DNA of 64,000 nt from an uncultured Coriobacteriia bacterium (GCA_902475535.1 CABRZR010000002.1:2124-66123), one strand, 5' to 3'. Positions 26,298 to 36,831 are shown, numbered from the stretch's first letter. Translations and numbers: made by a program. The notes: generated by a model from the sequence alone, not told the origin.

Positions 26298-26666
26298 ATG
26301 GATAAGCTCAAGGCAAAGAAGGCGAAACTGCAACGTCGCCAGCGCCGTGTGCGTGGCAAGGTTTCGGGTACGCCCGAGCGTCCGCGCCTGCGCGTGACGC
26401 GTTCCAATTCCAACATCTACGCTCAGGTCATCGATGATGTCGCTGCCGTCACGCTGGCAAGCGCGTCCTCGCTTGACGAGAAGGTCAAGGCCACCGGCAA
26501 GCATGGTGGCAATATCGAAGGTGCTGCCGAGGTGGGAAAGCTCATCGCCCAGCGTGCCCTCAATGCGGGTATCGGCGAGGTCGTGTTCGACCGCGGTGGC
26601 AATCTCTACCATGGCCGTGTGAAAGCGCTCGCCGAGGGCGCTCGCGAAGCCGGCCTGAAGTTTTAG
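26298..26666 (+). CDS. rplR: 50S ribosomal protein L18
   Basis: ...[18 protein letters not shown]...[26 protein letters not shown]. Confidence 0.96.
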   Translation: MDKLKAKKAKLQRRQRRVRGKVSGTPERPRLRVTRSNSNIYAQVIDDVAAVTLASASSLDEKVKATGKHGGNIEGAAEVGKLIAQRALNAGIGEVVFDRGGNLYHGRVKALAEGAREAGLKF

Positions 26667-26678
26667 GGGGAGGGAAAC

Positions 26679-27224
26679 ATGGCACAGAGGCCTAACAACA
26701 GGAAGTCAAACAGGCAGGCTGCACAGCAGGCTCCCGAACTCGAAGAGCGCGTCGTCTACATCAACCGCGTTTCCAAGGTCGTCAAGGGTGGTCGTCGCTT
26801 TGGTCTGACCGCGCTCGTCGTCGTTGGCGATCACAACGGTAACGTGGGTGTTGGCATGGGCAAGTCCGCTGAGGTGCCCATCGCCATCAGCAAGGGCGTC
26901 GAGGACGCGAAGAAGAACATGTTCAAGGTCCCGCTGACCGAGGAGGGCACCATCCCGCACGAGGTCATCGGTGAGTTTTCAGCTGGTCGCGTGCTGCTCA
27001 AGCCGGCCACGCCCGGTACCGGCGTTATCGCCGGCGGTCCGGTCCGTGCCCTGCTCGAGCTCGCTGGCGTCAAGGACGTGCTGTCCAAGTCGCTCGGCAC
27101 TGACAACGCGATGAACATCGTCAAGGCGGCTGCCGAGGGTCTCAAGGAGCTCCAGAGCCCGCAGCAGGTTGCGAAGCGTCGCGATATGACCGTTGCTGAA
27201 ATCTACGGAAAGAAGGCTCAGTAA
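26679..27224 (+). CDS. rpsE: 30S ribosomal protein S5
   Basis: ...[27 protein letters not shown]... Confidence 0.96.
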   Translation: MAQRPNNRKSNRQAAQQAPELEERVVYINRVSKVVKGGRRFGLTALVVVGDHNGNVGVGMGKSAEVPIAISKGVEDAKKNMFKVPLTEEGTIPHEVIGEFSAGRVLLKPATPGTGVIAGGPVRALLELAGVKDVLSKSLGTDNAMNIVKAAAEGLKELQSPQQVAKRRDMTVAEIYGKKAQ

Positions 27225-27415
27225 TGGCTAACGCAAAGAAGACGCTGCGCCTGACGCAGGTGAAGAGCTCGATTGGCTACAAGAAGGACCAGGCCGCGAC
27301 GCTCAAGGCCCTGGGCCTGGGCAAGATCGGCTCCACGGTCGAGCAGGTCGACAACGATGCCATCAGGGGCATGATCTTCAAGGTCAAGCACCTGATCGAG
27401 GTCGAGAACATCTAG
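27224..27415 (+). CDS. rpmD: 50S ribosomal protein L30
   Basis: 63 aa. LRLTQVKSSIGYKKDQAATLKALGL. Start overlaps the rpsE stop. Confidence 0.94.
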   Translation: MANAKKTLRLTQVKSSIGYKKDQAATLKALGLGKIGSTVEQVDNDAIRGMIFKVKHLIEVENI

Positions 27416-27526
27416 CACGTATTGATGGGCTGCATCATCGGGTGCAGCCCACGATGAGGAAGTCAGCCGGCGGCGAGCAGCCGGCTTCATCCGCATCAGG
27501 CGGATGAACGCGAAAAAGGAGACATC

Positions 27527-27967
27527 ATGGATCTTTCTGAACTCAAACCAGCCGAGGGCTCGACGAAGAAGCGCAAGCGCGTAGGTCGCGGCCATGGTTC
27601 CGGTCACGGTGGTACGTCCGGTCGCGGCATGAACGGCCAGGCCTCGCGTGCCGGTGGCACCAAGGGCCCGGGCTTCGAGGGTGGCCAGACGCCGCTCGCG
27701 ATGCGCCTTCCCAAGCTCCCCGGTTTCCGCAACATCAACCGCAAGGAGTACGTGCCGGTCAACGTCGGTCGTCTCAACGAGAAGTACGCTGCCGGCGAGA
27801 CCGTCAACGGCGAGACGCTTGTCGAGAAGGGCATCATCAAGCATGCCGATGCACTCGTTAAGGTTCTCGGCGACGGCGAGATTTCCAAGGCGCTGACGGT
27901 TCAGGTCGACAAGGTTTCCGCTTCTGCTAAGGCCAAGATTGAAGCGGCCGGAGGAAAGGTCGAGTAG
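27527..27967 (+). CDS. rplO: 50S ribosomal protein L15
   Basis: [34 protein letters not shown]... Confidence 0.96.
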   Translation: MDLSELKPAEGSTKKRKRVGRGHGSGHGGTSGRGMNGQASRAGGTKGPGFEGGQTPLAMRLPKLPGFRNINRKEYVPVNVGRLNEKYAAGETVNGETLVEKGIIKHADALVKVLGDGEISKALTVQVDKVSASAKAKIEAAGGKVE

Positions 27968-27969
27968 CC

Positions 27970-29259
27970 GTGCTCAACGCACTCATTAACGCAATGAAGG
28001 TGAAGGAGCTCCGTCACAAGATCTTCTTCACCCTGGCAATCATAGCGCTGTACCGTGTTGGCTCGTTTATCCCCGTCCCCGGCATCCCGTTCGCCGACCT
28101 CGTGTCGAACTTCCGTGACACGAGCACGAACGCCGGCCTGCTCATGCTCAACCTGTTCTCAGGTGGCGCACTCGAGTACTTCTCGGTGTTCTCGCTCGGC
28201 ATCATGCCCTACATCACCGCGTCCATCATCATGCAGCTCATGCAGGGCATCATCCCCGCCTTGCAGCGCTGGCAGAAGGAGGGCGAGGCTGGGCAGCGCA
28301 AGGTCACGCGCATCACGCGTTACCTCACGCTCGTGCTCGGCCTGATCAACGCCATCGGCTACCTGGTCCTGTTCCAGAACGCCTTCGGTGTCGACTTCTC
28401 CACGACGGGCATGCCCACATGGCTCATCAGCACGATCATCATCGTCACGCTCGTGGCGGGCACGGCGCTCATCATGTGGATGGGCGAGCTCATCACGCAG
28501 CGCGGCATCGGCAACGGCATGTCGCTCATCATCTTCGCGAACATCATCGCGCGACTCCCAAGCGCGCTGCTTGATTCGATCCAGAACGCCACCGATCAGA
28601 TGCAGGGCATTCTCATGACGGTGCTCATCATCGCCGTGATCCTCATCACGATTCCGGGCATCGTCTTCATCGAGCGTGGTCAGCGCCGCATTCCGGTGCA
28701 GTACTCCAAGCGCGTCGTGGGCCGCAAGGTCATGGGCGGCCAGTCCACGTACCTGCCGTTCAAGGTTAACGGCTCGGGCGTCATTCCCATCATCTTTGCG
28801 TCTGCCCTGCTGTACCTGCCCGCCCAGATCGCCGCGTTCTTCAGCGACGCGGGTTGGCTGCAGGCTGTCGCCAACTTCTGCTCGGCCGGTTGGGGCAACT
28901 GGATCCTGACCTTCGGCCTGATCGTCTTCTTCGCGTACTTCTACACGTCGATGATCTATCACCCGCAGGAGACGGCGGATAACCTGAAGAACAACGGCGG
29001 CTTCATCCCGGGCGTGCGTCCGGGCGGTGCGACCGTGCAGTACATCAAGAACGTGATCAACCGCATCACGCTTCCGGGCGCGATGTTCCTCGCGGCCATC
29101 GCGATCATCCCGTCCATCCTGTACTCGTTCACGGGCAACACCCTGATCCAGCTGTTCGGCGGCACCTCCGTGCTCATCATGGTCGGCGTTGCGCTTGACA
29201 CGATGACCAAGCTGGAGAGCCAGTTGAAGATGCACAACTACGACGGCTTCTTCAAATAG
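27970..29259 (+). CDS. secY: preprotein translocase subunit SecY
   Basis: 429 aa, polytopic. ...LGIMPYITASIIMQL... Canonical position after rplO. Confidence 0.97.
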   Translation: MLNALINAMKVKELRHKIFFTLAIIALYRVGSFIPVPGIPFADLVSNFRDTSTNAGLLMLNLFSGGALEYFSVFSLGIMPYITASIIMQLMQGIIPALQRWQKEGEAGQRKVTRITRYLTLVLGLINAIGYLVLFQNAFGVDFSTTGMPTWLISTIIIVTLVAGTALIMWMGELITQRGIGNGMSLIIFANIIARLPSALLDSIQNATDQMQGILMTVLIIAVILITIPGIVFIERGQRRIPVQYSKRVVGRKVMGGQSTYLPFKVNGSGVIPIIFASALLYLPAQIAAFFSDAGWLQAVANFCSAGWGNWILTFGLIVFFAYFYTSMIYHPQETADNLKNNGGFIPGVRPGGATVQYIKNVINRITLPGAMFLAAIAIIPSILYSFTGNTLIQLFGGTSVLIMVGVALDTMTKLESQLKMHNYDGFFK

Positions 29260-29274
29260 ACTGAGGAGATTGTT

Positions 29275-29901
29275 ATGAATATCGTACTCCTGGGCGCTCC
29301 GGGCGCAGGAAAGGGAACTCAATCCGCGCGTCTCGTCGATGAGTTCGGCTTCACGCACCTTTCCACGGGAGATCTGCTTCGCGCCGCCGTCAAGGAGGGT
29401 ACCGAGCTCGGCCTCAAGGCGAAGTCCTACATGGACGCCGGAGAGCTTGTGCCCGACGAGGTCGTCATCGGCTTGGTCGAGGAAAGGCTCAAGGCCGATC
29501 CCGAGGCATCCTTCCTGCTCGACGGCTTTCCGCGCACGCCGGCCCAGGCGGTCGCGCTCGATAGCGTGCTTGCCAACCTGGACCAGAAGCTCGATTACGC
29601 CATTGCCCTCGAGGTCGACCCCGAGGCGCTCATCGCGCGTATGTCGCAGCGTCGTGTCTGCCGCGATTGCGGTTATCCCGGAACGGTCGAGACGGGCGCC
29701 GTCTGCCCCAAGTGCGGCGGCGAGATGTACCAGCGCGCCGATGACAACGAGGAGACGGTCCGCAACCGTCTTGCCGTCTACGAGAAGTCGACGAGCCCGC
29801 TCATCGACTACTATCGTGGCAACGGCATCCTCATCGAGCTCGATGGTGGGCAGTCTCCCGACATGGTCTTCGAGGATCTCAAGACGGCGATTGGCAAATA
29901 G
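29275..29901 (+). CDS. adk: adenylate kinase (zinc-lid type)
   Basis: MNIVLLGAPGAGKGTQ. Lid CRDCG...CPKCGG. Confidence 0.97.
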   Translation: MNIVLLGAPGAGKGTQSARLVDEFGFTHLSTGDLLRAAVKEGTELGLKAKSYMDAGELVPDEVVIGLVEERLKADPEASFLLDGFPRTPAQAVALDSVLANLDQKLDYAIALEVDPEALIARMSQRRVCRDCGYPGTVETGAVCPKCGGEMYQRADDNEETVRNRLAVYEKSTSPLIDYYRGNGILIELDGGQSPDMVFEDLKTAIGK

Positions 29902-29906
29902 CCGTC

Positions 29907-30674
29907 ATGAAGCGCTTTCGCCGCGACGGCGTCAAGATTAAATCGCCTGCCCAAATTGATGCAATGAAAGCAGCCGGCCACCTGAGTGCGCAAGCGCTCG
30001 AGGTGGTCGGTTCGCTTATGAGGCCAGGCGTGAGCACGGCCGAGCTCGATGCGGCTGCCGAGAAGTGCATCGTCGAAGCGGGCGGGACTCCGGCGTTCAA
30101 GGGATACGGCGGCTTTCCCGCCACTATCTGCGCCTCGGTGAACGACATGGTGGTGCACGGCATTCCGAGCCCCGACGTCATCCTCGAAGATGGCGATGTC
30201 GTCTCGATCGATACGGGCGCGATTGTCGATGGCTGGGTTGGCGACAATGCCGAGACCTTCATCGTCGGCACGCATGACAAACAGCATCAGGATCTTCTCT
30301 CTACGACGCTTGCGGCTATGTGGGCGGGCATTGACCAGGCGTTTCCCGGAAATCATCTGGGTGATGTCGGGCATGCGATACAGAAGGTCATCGAAGATGC
30401 CGGCTTCAACGTGATTCGCGAGTATTCGGGCCATGGCATCGGGCGTAGGATGCACGAGCCTCCCAACGTCCTCAACTACGGCATTCCCGGCCAGGGCGTG
30501 AAACTCGAGGAAGGCATGGTCATCGCAATCGAGCCGATGGCGGTGAGCGGGTCTCCGCGCGTGCGCACCATCTCGGATGGGTGGGGAGTCGTCACATGCG
30601 ACGGAAAGCCCGCAGCGCACTTCGAGCGAACCATAGCCATCACCAAGGATGGCCCGCTCGTCCTGACCAAATAA
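29907..30674 (+). CDS. map: type I methionine aminopeptidase
   Basis: 255 aa. Metal-ligand context ...HGIPS..., DVVSIDTG, GHGIG, IAIEPM. Confidence 0.95.
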   Translation: MKRFRRDGVKIKSPAQIDAMKAAGHLSAQALEVVGSLMRPGVSTAELDAAAEKCIVEAGGTPAFKGYGGFPATICASVNDMVVHGIPSPDVILEDGDVVSIDTGAIVDGWVGDNAETFIVGTHDKQHQDLLSTTLAAMWAGIDQAFPGNHLGDVGHAIQKVIEDAGFNVIREYSGHGIGRRMHEPPNVLNYGIPGQGVKLEEGMVIAIEPMAVSGSPRVRTISDGWGVVTCDGKPAAHFERTIAITKDGPLVLTK

Positions 30675-30763
30675 ACGTTCGCAAAAAAATCTGGAATTGC
30701 CGCTTCGTTTGAAGTAGTATGTTTCATTACGTTTGCCGTGATTCAAATGGGAGAGTTGTATTC

Positions 30764-30982
30764 GTGAGCAAAGAGGATGCCATTGAACTAGAGGGAAAGG
30801 TCATCGAGCCGCTCCCCAACGCGATGTTCAAAGTCGAGCTTGAGAATGGCCACCAGGTTCTGGCCCATATCTCGGGCAAGATGCGCATGCATTACATCAA
30901 GATCCTTCCGGGTGACAAGGTGACGGTGGAGCTTTCGCCGTACGACCTCGACCGTGGCAGGATCACCTATCGCTATAAGTAA
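30764..30982 (+). CDS. infA: translation initiation factor IF-1
   Basis: (V)[40 protein letters not shown]... The GTG 30764 start gives the usual 72 aa. The track ATG at 30719 would add a non-conserved 15-aa extension. Confidence 0.9.
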   Translation: MSKEDAIELEGKVIEPLPNAMFKVELENGHQVLAHISGKMRMHYIKILPGDKVTVELSPYDLDRGRITYRYK

Positions 30983-31112
30983 GGATTGCGGCATACCGCA
31001 ATGCGTGGGGTGCCTGGGTACCCCTGTCGTTTGAGCAAGAAAATTACCGCCTGCGGCTGGGCGTGACGATAAAAAAACGAAGTGTAAACACTTTCGGAAA
31101 GGTAAGGACATC

Positions 31113-31226
31113 ATGAAAGTACGTCCTTCAGTAAAGAAGATGTGCGATAAGTGCAAGATCATCAGGCGTCATGGCAAGGTGTTCGTGATTTGCGAGAACC
31201 CGCGCCATAAGCAGCGTCAAGGCTAA
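31113..31226 (+). CDS. rpmJ: 50S ribosomal protein L36 (zinc form)
   Basis: My own translation, [37 protein letters not shown], 37 aa. Below the ORF-track length cut-off. RBS AAGGTAAGGA. Confidence 0.95.
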   Translation: MKVRPSVKKMCDKCKIIRRHGKVFVICENPRHKQRQG

Positions 31227-31240
31227 GAGGGGGAGCGACA

Positions 31241-31612
31241 TTGGCTCGTATACTCGGTGTCGACCTTCCGCGCGATAAGCGCGTGGAGATTGGTCTGACT
31301 TACATTTATGGTATCGGTCTGACCCGCGCAAAGAAGATTTGCGAGGAGACCGGCGTTAATCCTGACACGCGCGTGCGCGACCTCACCGAAGAAGAGGTCG
31401 TCAAGCTTCGTGACAATATCGATGCGAACTACACGGTCGAAGGTGACCTGCGTCGCGAGACGTCGCAGAACATCAAGCGACTGATGGAGATTGGCTGCTA
31501 TCGTGGCCTGCGCCATCGTCGTGGCCTGCCTGTTCGTGGTCAGCGTACTCACACCAACGCTCGTACCCGCAAGGGCCCGCGTCGCCAGATCGGCGCTAAG
31601 AAGAGGGGCTAG
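31241..31612 (+). CDS. rpsM: 30S ribosomal protein S13
   Basis: [26 protein letters not shown]... TTG start. Confidence 0.96.
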   Translation: MARILGVDLPRDKRVEIGLTYIYGIGLTRAKKICEETGVNPDTRVRDLTEEEVVKLRDNIDANYTVEGDLRRETSQNIKRLMEIGCYRGLRHRRGLPVRGQRTHTNARTRKGPRRQIGAKKRG

Positions 31613-31625
31613 GTGAGAGGACAAC

Positions 31626-32024
31626 ATGGCTAAGAAGCAACAGAGCACGACTCGCGTCCGTCGCGCAGACCGCAAGAACATCACGGTCGGTCAGGCTCAC
31701 ATCAAGAGCACGTTCAACAATACGATCGTTTCCATTACCGATACCCGCGGCAACGTCATTTCCTGGCAGTCCGCTGGCACGGTTGGATTCAAGGGTTCCC
31801 GCAAGTCCACGCCGTTCGCGGCGCAGATGGCTGCCGAGAAGGCCGCCAAGATGGCCATGGAACACGGCCTCAAGAAGGTTTCCGTGTTCGTGAAGGGTCC
31901 CGGCTCCGGCCGCGAGACCGCCATCCGCTCGCTCCAGGCAGCTGGTCTGGAAGTTGCGAGCATCCAGGACTGCACGCCCATTCCGCACAACGGTTGCCGT
32001 CAGGTCAAGCGTCGTCGCGTCTAG
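31626..32024 (+). CDS. rpsK: 30S ribosomal protein S11
   Basis: ...[22 protein letters not shown]... Confidence 0.96.
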   Translation: MAKKQQSTTRVRRADRKNITVGQAHIKSTFNNTIVSITDTRGNVISWQSAGTVGFKGSRKSTPFAAQMAAEKAAKMAMEHGLKKVSVFVKGPGSGRETAIRSLQAAGLEVASIQDCTPIPHNGCRQVKRRRV

Positions 32025-32043
32025 CTTAGAAAGGTAATACGTC

Positions 32044-32637
32044 ATGGCAATTAACAGGACCCCGGTTCTGAAGCGCTGCCGCCAGCTTGGCATCGATCCC
32101 ATCGTTCTGGGCTATACCAAGGAATCCAAGAAGCAGCCCAAGCAGCGCCGTCGTCAGGAGAGCGAGTACGGCCGCCAGCTTCGCGAGAAGCAGAAGGCCA
32201 AGTTCATCTACGGTGTACTCGAGAAGCAATTCCGCGGCTACTTCCACAAGGCCCGCCGCATGCAGGGCGTTACGGGCGAGAACCTCATGAGGATTCTCGA
32301 GTCCCGTCTCGACAACGTCGTCTTCCGCCTGGGTTTTGCGCGTACGCGCAAGGAAGCCCGTCAGACGGTCACGCACGGTCACATCACGGTTAACGGCAAG
32401 CGCGTCGACATCCCGTCGTATCGCGTGAGCCCCGGTGATCTCGTGGCAATCGCCCCGGCAGCCAAGGAGCTTCTCGTGATCAAGAGCGCCCTCATCTCCA
32501 ACGAGCGCGTTCAGGTCCCCGCCTGGCTCGAGGTTGACATCGAGAAGCTGCAGGGCAACGTCATCTCGCTGCCGACACGAGACCAAATCGACTTGGATAT
32601 CCAGGAGCAGCTCATCGTCGAGCTCTACTCGAAGTAA
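32044..32637 (+). CDS. rpsD: 30S ribosomal protein S4
   Basis: ...[23 protein letters not shown]...[12 protein letters not shown]... Confidence 0.96.
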   Translation: MAINRTPVLKRCRQLGIDPIVLGYTKESKKQPKQRRRQESEYGRQLREKQKAKFIYGVLEKQFRGYFHKARRMQGVTGENLMRILESRLDNVVFRLGFARTRKEARQTVTHGHITVNGKRVDIPSYRVSPGDLVAIAPAAKELLVIKSALISNERVQVPAWLEVDIEKLQGNVISLPTRDQIDLDIQEQLIVELYSK

Positions 32638-32682
32638 TTCTTACCCTGTCCTATCCGATTAAAGTCTCGAGGAGGCTACTTA

Positions 32683-33624
32683 ATGACTGAGTTCATGAAG
32701 CCCAATATCACCGTCGAGCAAGTCGATGACAACATTGCGCGGTTCGTCATGGAGCCGCTCGAGCGTGGCTACGGCCAGACGCTCGGCAATGGTATGCGTC
32801 GCGTCCTGCTGTCCTCCCTGGACGGCGCTGCGGCAACCGCCATCAAGATCGAGGGCGTGCAGCACGAGTTCACGTCTGCCCCCGGCGTTGTCGAGGATGT
32901 CACCGACATTGTTTTGAATATCAAAGGCCTGGTCTTCGCCCCCTTTGCTGGTGGCGAGGAGGCTACCGCCACGCTTTCCGCGCAGGGCCCCTGCGTGGTC
33001 ACGGGCGCCGATCTGGAAGTTCCCACCGAGTTCCAGCTCATCAATCCGGATCACGTCATCGCGACGCTCTCCGAGGGCGCGCAGCTCGAGATGTCGGTCC
33101 GCATTGGCGTTGGCCGCGGCTATGTCCCTGCCGAGCGCAACAAGCGCCCGGAGGATCCCATCGGCATCATCCACGTCGACTCGCTGTTCTCGCCGATTCG
33201 TCGTTGCACCATGGACGTCACGGATACCCGTGTCGCACAGCGCACTGACTACGACAAACTCATTCTCGAGGTTGAGACCAACGGCGCCATCAGCCCCGTC
33301 GATGCCGTCTGCCAGTCCGCCAACATCATCAACCAGCACATGATGGCCTTCCTGTCGCTCGACGAGAGCAACGAGGAGGTCGAGGTGACGAGCATCTTCG
33401 CCCCCGAGGGCCCGAGCAAGAACACCGAGCTCGAGAAGCAGATCGAGGATCTCGATCTGTCGGTTCGCTCGTACAACTGCCTGAAGCGCGCCGGCATCCA
33501 CTCGGTGCGTCAGCTGGTCGAGTATTCCGAGAACGACCTGCTCAACATCCGCAACTTCGGCGCCAAGTCCATCGAAGAGGTTAAGGACAAGCTTCAGTCG
33601 ATGGACCTCAGCTTGAAGCTTTAG
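32683..33624 (+). CDS. rpoA: DNA-directed RNA polymerase subunit alpha
   Basis: 313 aa. The NTD has ...GNGMRRVLLSS... The CTD has LDLSVRSYNCLKRAGIHSVRQLVEYSENDLLNIRNFGAKSIEEVKDKL. Confidence 0.97.
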   Translation: MTEFMKPNITVEQVDDNIARFVMEPLERGYGQTLGNGMRRVLLSSLDGAAATAIKIEGVQHEFTSAPGVVEDVTDIVLNIKGLVFAPFAGGEEATATLSAQGPCVVTGADLEVPTEFQLINPDHVIATLSEGAQLEMSVRIGVGRGYVPAERNKRPEDPIGIIHVDSLFSPIRRCTMDVTDTRVAQRTDYDKLILEVETNGAISPVDAVCQSANIINQHMMAFLSLDESNEEVEVTSIFAPEGPSKNTELEKQIEDLDLSVRSYNCLKRAGIHSVRQLVEYSENDLLNIRNFGAKSIEEVKDKLQSMDLSLKL

Positions 33625-33639
33625 TACGTAGGAGATTCA

Positions 33640-34392
33640 ATGAGGCATTACAAGAAGGGCCGCAAGCTGGGCACCGACGCCAGCCATACCAAGGCCATGA
33701 AGAAGAACCTTGCGGTCGCGTTGTTCACCAACGACCGCATCAAGACCACGGTCACGCGTGCCAAGGAAGTCCGCGGCACCATCGATCGCATCATCACCTG
33801 GGCCAAGAAGGGCGACCTGCACTCCCGTCGTTTGGCCATCGCCGCTCTGGGCGACAAGGAGCTCGTTCGCGAGGTCTTCGAGAAGGCCGAGCAGGGCATG
33901 TGGGCCGACCGCAACGGTGGCTATACGCGCATCCTGAAGCTCGGTCCGCGCAAGGGCGACAATGCCCCCATGGCGATTCTCGAGCTCGTCGAGGAGGCCG
34001 TCACCCCGAAGGCCAAGGCCGATGACAAGCCTGCCAAGAGCAGCAAGAAGAAGCCTGCCGCCAAGAAGGCCGCCAAGTCCGAGGACAAGAAGGACGACAT
34101 CGAGGAGTTCGCCGAAGGCGAGGCCGATCGCATCGACGCCGACGCCGAGACCGATGTCCGTGAGGACGCCGTCGAGGCCGAGAAGGCCGAGGACGAGGCT
34201 TCCATCGAAGAGGCTGTTCTCGAGGAGCAGGAGGCAGAGGTCGCAAAGGCCGAGGCCGAGAACATCGAGAAGATCAAGGAAGAGGTCGCCGAGGAGGAGA
34301 AGGAGCTTATCGACGACGTCAATCCCGTTGCCGGTGACGAGGCTGCCTTTGAGGAGACCGTCGAGGAGTCGGAGAAGCACGAGGCTGAGTAA
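33640..34392 (+). CDS. rplQ: 50S ribosomal protein L17 with ~130-aa charged C-terminal extension
   Basis: The N-terminal ~117 aa (MRHYKKGRKLGTDASHTKAM...GGYTRILKLGPRKGD) are L17. The rest is a K-rich and then E/D/A-rich low-complexity tail. Confidence 0.95.
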   Translation: MRHYKKGRKLGTDASHTKAMKKNLAVALFTNDRIKTTVTRAKEVRGTIDRIITWAKKGDLHSRRLAIAALGDKELVREVFEKAEQGMWADRNGGYTRILKLGPRKGDNAPMAILELVEEAVTPKAKADDKPAKSSKKKPAAKKAAKSEDKKDDIEEFAEGEADRIDADAETDVREDAVEAEKAEDEASIEEAVLEEQEAEVAKAEAENIEKIKEEVAEEEKELIDDVNPVAGDEAAFEETVEESEKHEAE

Positions 34393-34419
34393 CGGCCAGA
34401 GTGCATATCGGGGGTAAAA

Positions 34420-35259
34420 ATGGCGCAGGCGCTTGCCTTTGGCACCTACATTCCCGGCACGAGTCCTATCCACGCTTTGAATGCGCAGGTCAAGATTATC
34501 TTGGCCTGCGTTTTTTCTATTGCCGTCTTCTTCGTCGAGAGCTGGCTGGGGCTGCTCATCGTCACGGCGTTCGTGGCGATGCTCTATATGATGGCACATG
34601 TCCCCGTCACCAAGGCGGCGCGTGGCCTCATCCCCATCATCTTCATTCTGGTGTTCACCATCGTCGTGCATGCGTTCAGCATCAGTCTGGGATCGGCGGC
34701 GGCACCGGGCTTGAGCCAGGCGGGTTCCTTGGGGCTCACGCAGCAGTGGGTGCTCTTTGGAAGCTTCGGCATCACGCTTGATGGCCTGGCACGTGGTCTT
34801 TTCTTCGCCCTGCGCATCGTGCTGCTCGTGCTCATCTGCTCGCTGCTCACCTTCACGTCATCGATGATGGAGCTCACCGATGCGATGCTGCGCATCTTTG
34901 GGCCTTTGAGGCGCTTTGGCGTGCCGGTCGATGACATTGCGATGATGATATCGATTGCCCTGCGCTTTATCCCCACGACGGCGCGTGAGGCGCAGATGAT
35001 TCAGCTCGCCCAGAAGGCGCGTTGTGCCAACTTCGATGATGGCAATCTCTTCGTGCGTCTCAAGGCATGGATACCCGTGTTCATTCCGCTTTTTGTGCGC
35101 CTCTTCAGGCGTGCTGATGATCTTGCCGATGCCATGGATGCACGCTGCTATGCGGGCGGACGACGCACGCGCATGAATGTGGCAACGCTTTCCGGGGCAG
35201 ACGTCGCGACGCTCATCATCGGCATCGTTGCAATCGTCGCGCTCTGCGTGTTCTTGTAG
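34420..35259 (+). CDS. ecfT: energy-coupling factor (ECF) transporter transmembrane subunit EcfT/CbiQ family
   Basis: 279 aa, multi-TM. N-terminus YIPGTSPIHALNAQVKII and the conserved cytoplasmic ...ALRF..P...REA..I..AQ.AR motif region (IALRFIPTTAREAQMIQLAQKAR). Confidence 0.8.
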   Translation: MAQALAFGTYIPGTSPIHALNAQVKIILACVFSIAVFFVESWLGLLIVTAFVAMLYMMAHVPVTKAARGLIPIIFILVFTIVVHAFSISLGSAAAPGLSQAGSLGLTQQWVLFGSFGITLDGLARGLFFALRIVLLVLICSLLTFTSSMMELTDAMLRIFGPLRRFGVPVDDIAMMISIALRFIPTTAREAQMIQLAQKARCANFDDGNLFVRLKAWIPVFIPLFVRLFRRADDLADAMDARCYAGGRRTRMNVATLSGADVATLIIGIVAIVALCVFL

Positions 35260-35270
35260 GGGAGGCGGAG

Positions 35271-36044
35271 ATGTCACAGCAATCACTCGTGCTCACCATC
35301 GCCTATGACGGCACGGCATATGCGGGGTTTGCCAAGCAAAAGGACGAGCATATCGTCACGATTCAAGGCGAGCTCGAACGGGCGCTTGCAACCTATTTTC
35401 GGCATCCCGTCGAGACGGTGTGCGCGGGGCGCACCGATGCGGGCGTGCATGCGCTCGGGCAAGTCGTGTCATGCGTGCTCGATGAGGTCGAGCTTGAGGG
35501 CGTCGCGCCATCGCGCCTTGTCATCTCGCTCAACGCGCTCACGCCCGATGACATTGCCATCAAGTCCGTGCGTTTTGATGTGCCCACGTTTTCTGCTCGC
35601 TTCGATGCCAAGAGTCGCGAGTACCGGTATCGCATCGTGACGGGCTCGGTTCCGCCGCTATTCTTGCGCGGTTATGCTTGGTGGCGCAAGGGTTCGCTTG
35701 ATATCGATGTCATGCGTCAGGGCGCTGCTCATCTCATTGGCGAGCATGACTTCAAGTCCTTTTGCAAAGCGGCAAGTGCCGAGGGTAAAACGACCATGCG
35801 CTGCGTGAACGAGGTATCCATCGAGGTCGAGGAACAGATGGGGGAGGAATGCCTCGTGATAAAGGTCATCGGCAACGCCTTCTTGCATTCGATGGTGCGT
35901 ACCATCGTCGGCACGCTCGTGCAGGTGGGCGCCGGCCATCGCGCCCCCGATTGGGTTGCCGAGGTTCTGGCAGCATGCGATCGTGGCGCTGCGGGCGAGA
36001 CTGCCCCCGCCTGCGGCCTCACCTTCTGGCACGTAAACTACTGA
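35271..36044 (+). CDS. truA: tRNA pseudouridine(38-40) synthase
   Basis: 257 aa. ...IAYDGTAYAGFAKQ..., catalytic GRTDAGVHALGQV. Confidence 0.93.
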   Translation: MSQQSLVLTIAYDGTAYAGFAKQKDEHIVTIQGELERALATYFRHPVETVCAGRTDAGVHALGQVVSCVLDEVELEGVAPSRLVISLNALTPDDIAIKSVRFDVPTFSARFDAKSREYRYRIVTGSVPPLFLRGYAWWRKGSLDIDVMRQGAAHLIGEHDFKSFCKAASAEGKTTMRCVNEVSIEVEEQMGEECLVIKVIGNAFLHSMVRTIVGTLVQVGAGHRAPDWVAEVLAACDRGAAGETAPACGLTFWHVNY

Positions 36045-36114
36045 GCAACGTGTCTCATCCCCCGTTGCCAGAGACGTGACGTTTCGTTATGCTGCCCATG
36101 ACGAAAGGAGAACC

Positions 36115-36336
36115 ATGGCTACCATTGACACCATCAGGAAGATTCTCGAGGACAACCTCTCCATTGAGCCGGAGCAGGTCGAGGAAGACACCACGCTTGA
36201 TTCCATCGACATCGACTCGCTCGATCTCGTTGAGCTCATCTGCGATATCGAGGATGCCGAGGGCATCGATTTCGGCGAGCCCGAGGGTCTCGAGACCATC
36301 GGCGACATCGTCGAGCATATCGATTCGCTCAAGTAG
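36115..36336 (+). CDS. acyl carrier protein-like (phosphopantetheine-binding) protein
   Basis: 73 aa from ATG 36115 (RBS GAAAGGAG). Has the DSLD attachment motif in IDIDSLDLVELICDIEDAEGIDF. Very acidic, like ACPs. Confidence 0.75.
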   Translation: MATIDTIRKILEDNLSIEPEQVEEDTTLDSIDIDSLDLVELICDIEDAEGIDFGEPEGLETIGDIVEHIDSLK

Positions 36337-36339
36337 TTT

Positions 36340-36822
36340 ATGAATAGAATCAGCGCATGGCTCTACAAGTTCATGCAGGGGCGCTACGGCTTTGACCAGC
36401 TAGGCCAAGCCATGAGCGTTGGCGTGGTCGTCATGTGGATCTTTTCGATCCTCTGTGGCGTCCTCGCCAACATGCTGCGCCTTGTGTGGATCGCATGGCT
36501 ATCGACCATCCTCAATTGGGTCGGGCTCATCTTGCTCGTCCTCATGCTCTTTCGCATGTTGTCGCGCAACGCGGATGCGCGCCGGCGTGAGAACGAGGCG
36601 TTCCTGCGGCGTCGCACGCGTCGTGCAGAGCGCAAGCGCGCCTCGTCGAAGGACATCTCGTCAAAGGGCAAGGGCAAGACCAAGAACAAGACAAATGCCG
36701 ATGCCGGGTACAAATACCTGAGCTGCTCGTTTTGCGGGCAGCAGATGCGTGTGCCGGCTGGCAAGGGCAAAATTGCCGTGAAGTGCCCGTCATGCGGCGA
36801 GAAGACCATCGTGCAAAGTTAG
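36340..36822 (+). CDS. membrane protein with C-terminal zinc-ribbon
   Basis: 160 aa. Two predicted TM helices, a basic linker and CSFCGQQ...CPSCGEK at the C-terminus. No family recognised. Confidence 0.6.
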   Translation: MNRISAWLYKFMQGRYGFDQLGQAMSVGVVVMWIFSILCGVLANMLRLVWIAWLSTILNWVGLILLVLMLFRMLSRNADARRRENEAFLRRRTRRAERKRASSKDISSKGKGKTKNKTNADAGYKYLSCSFCGQQMRVPAGKGKIAVKCPSCGEKTIVQS

Positions 36823-36831
36823 GCAAGACGT

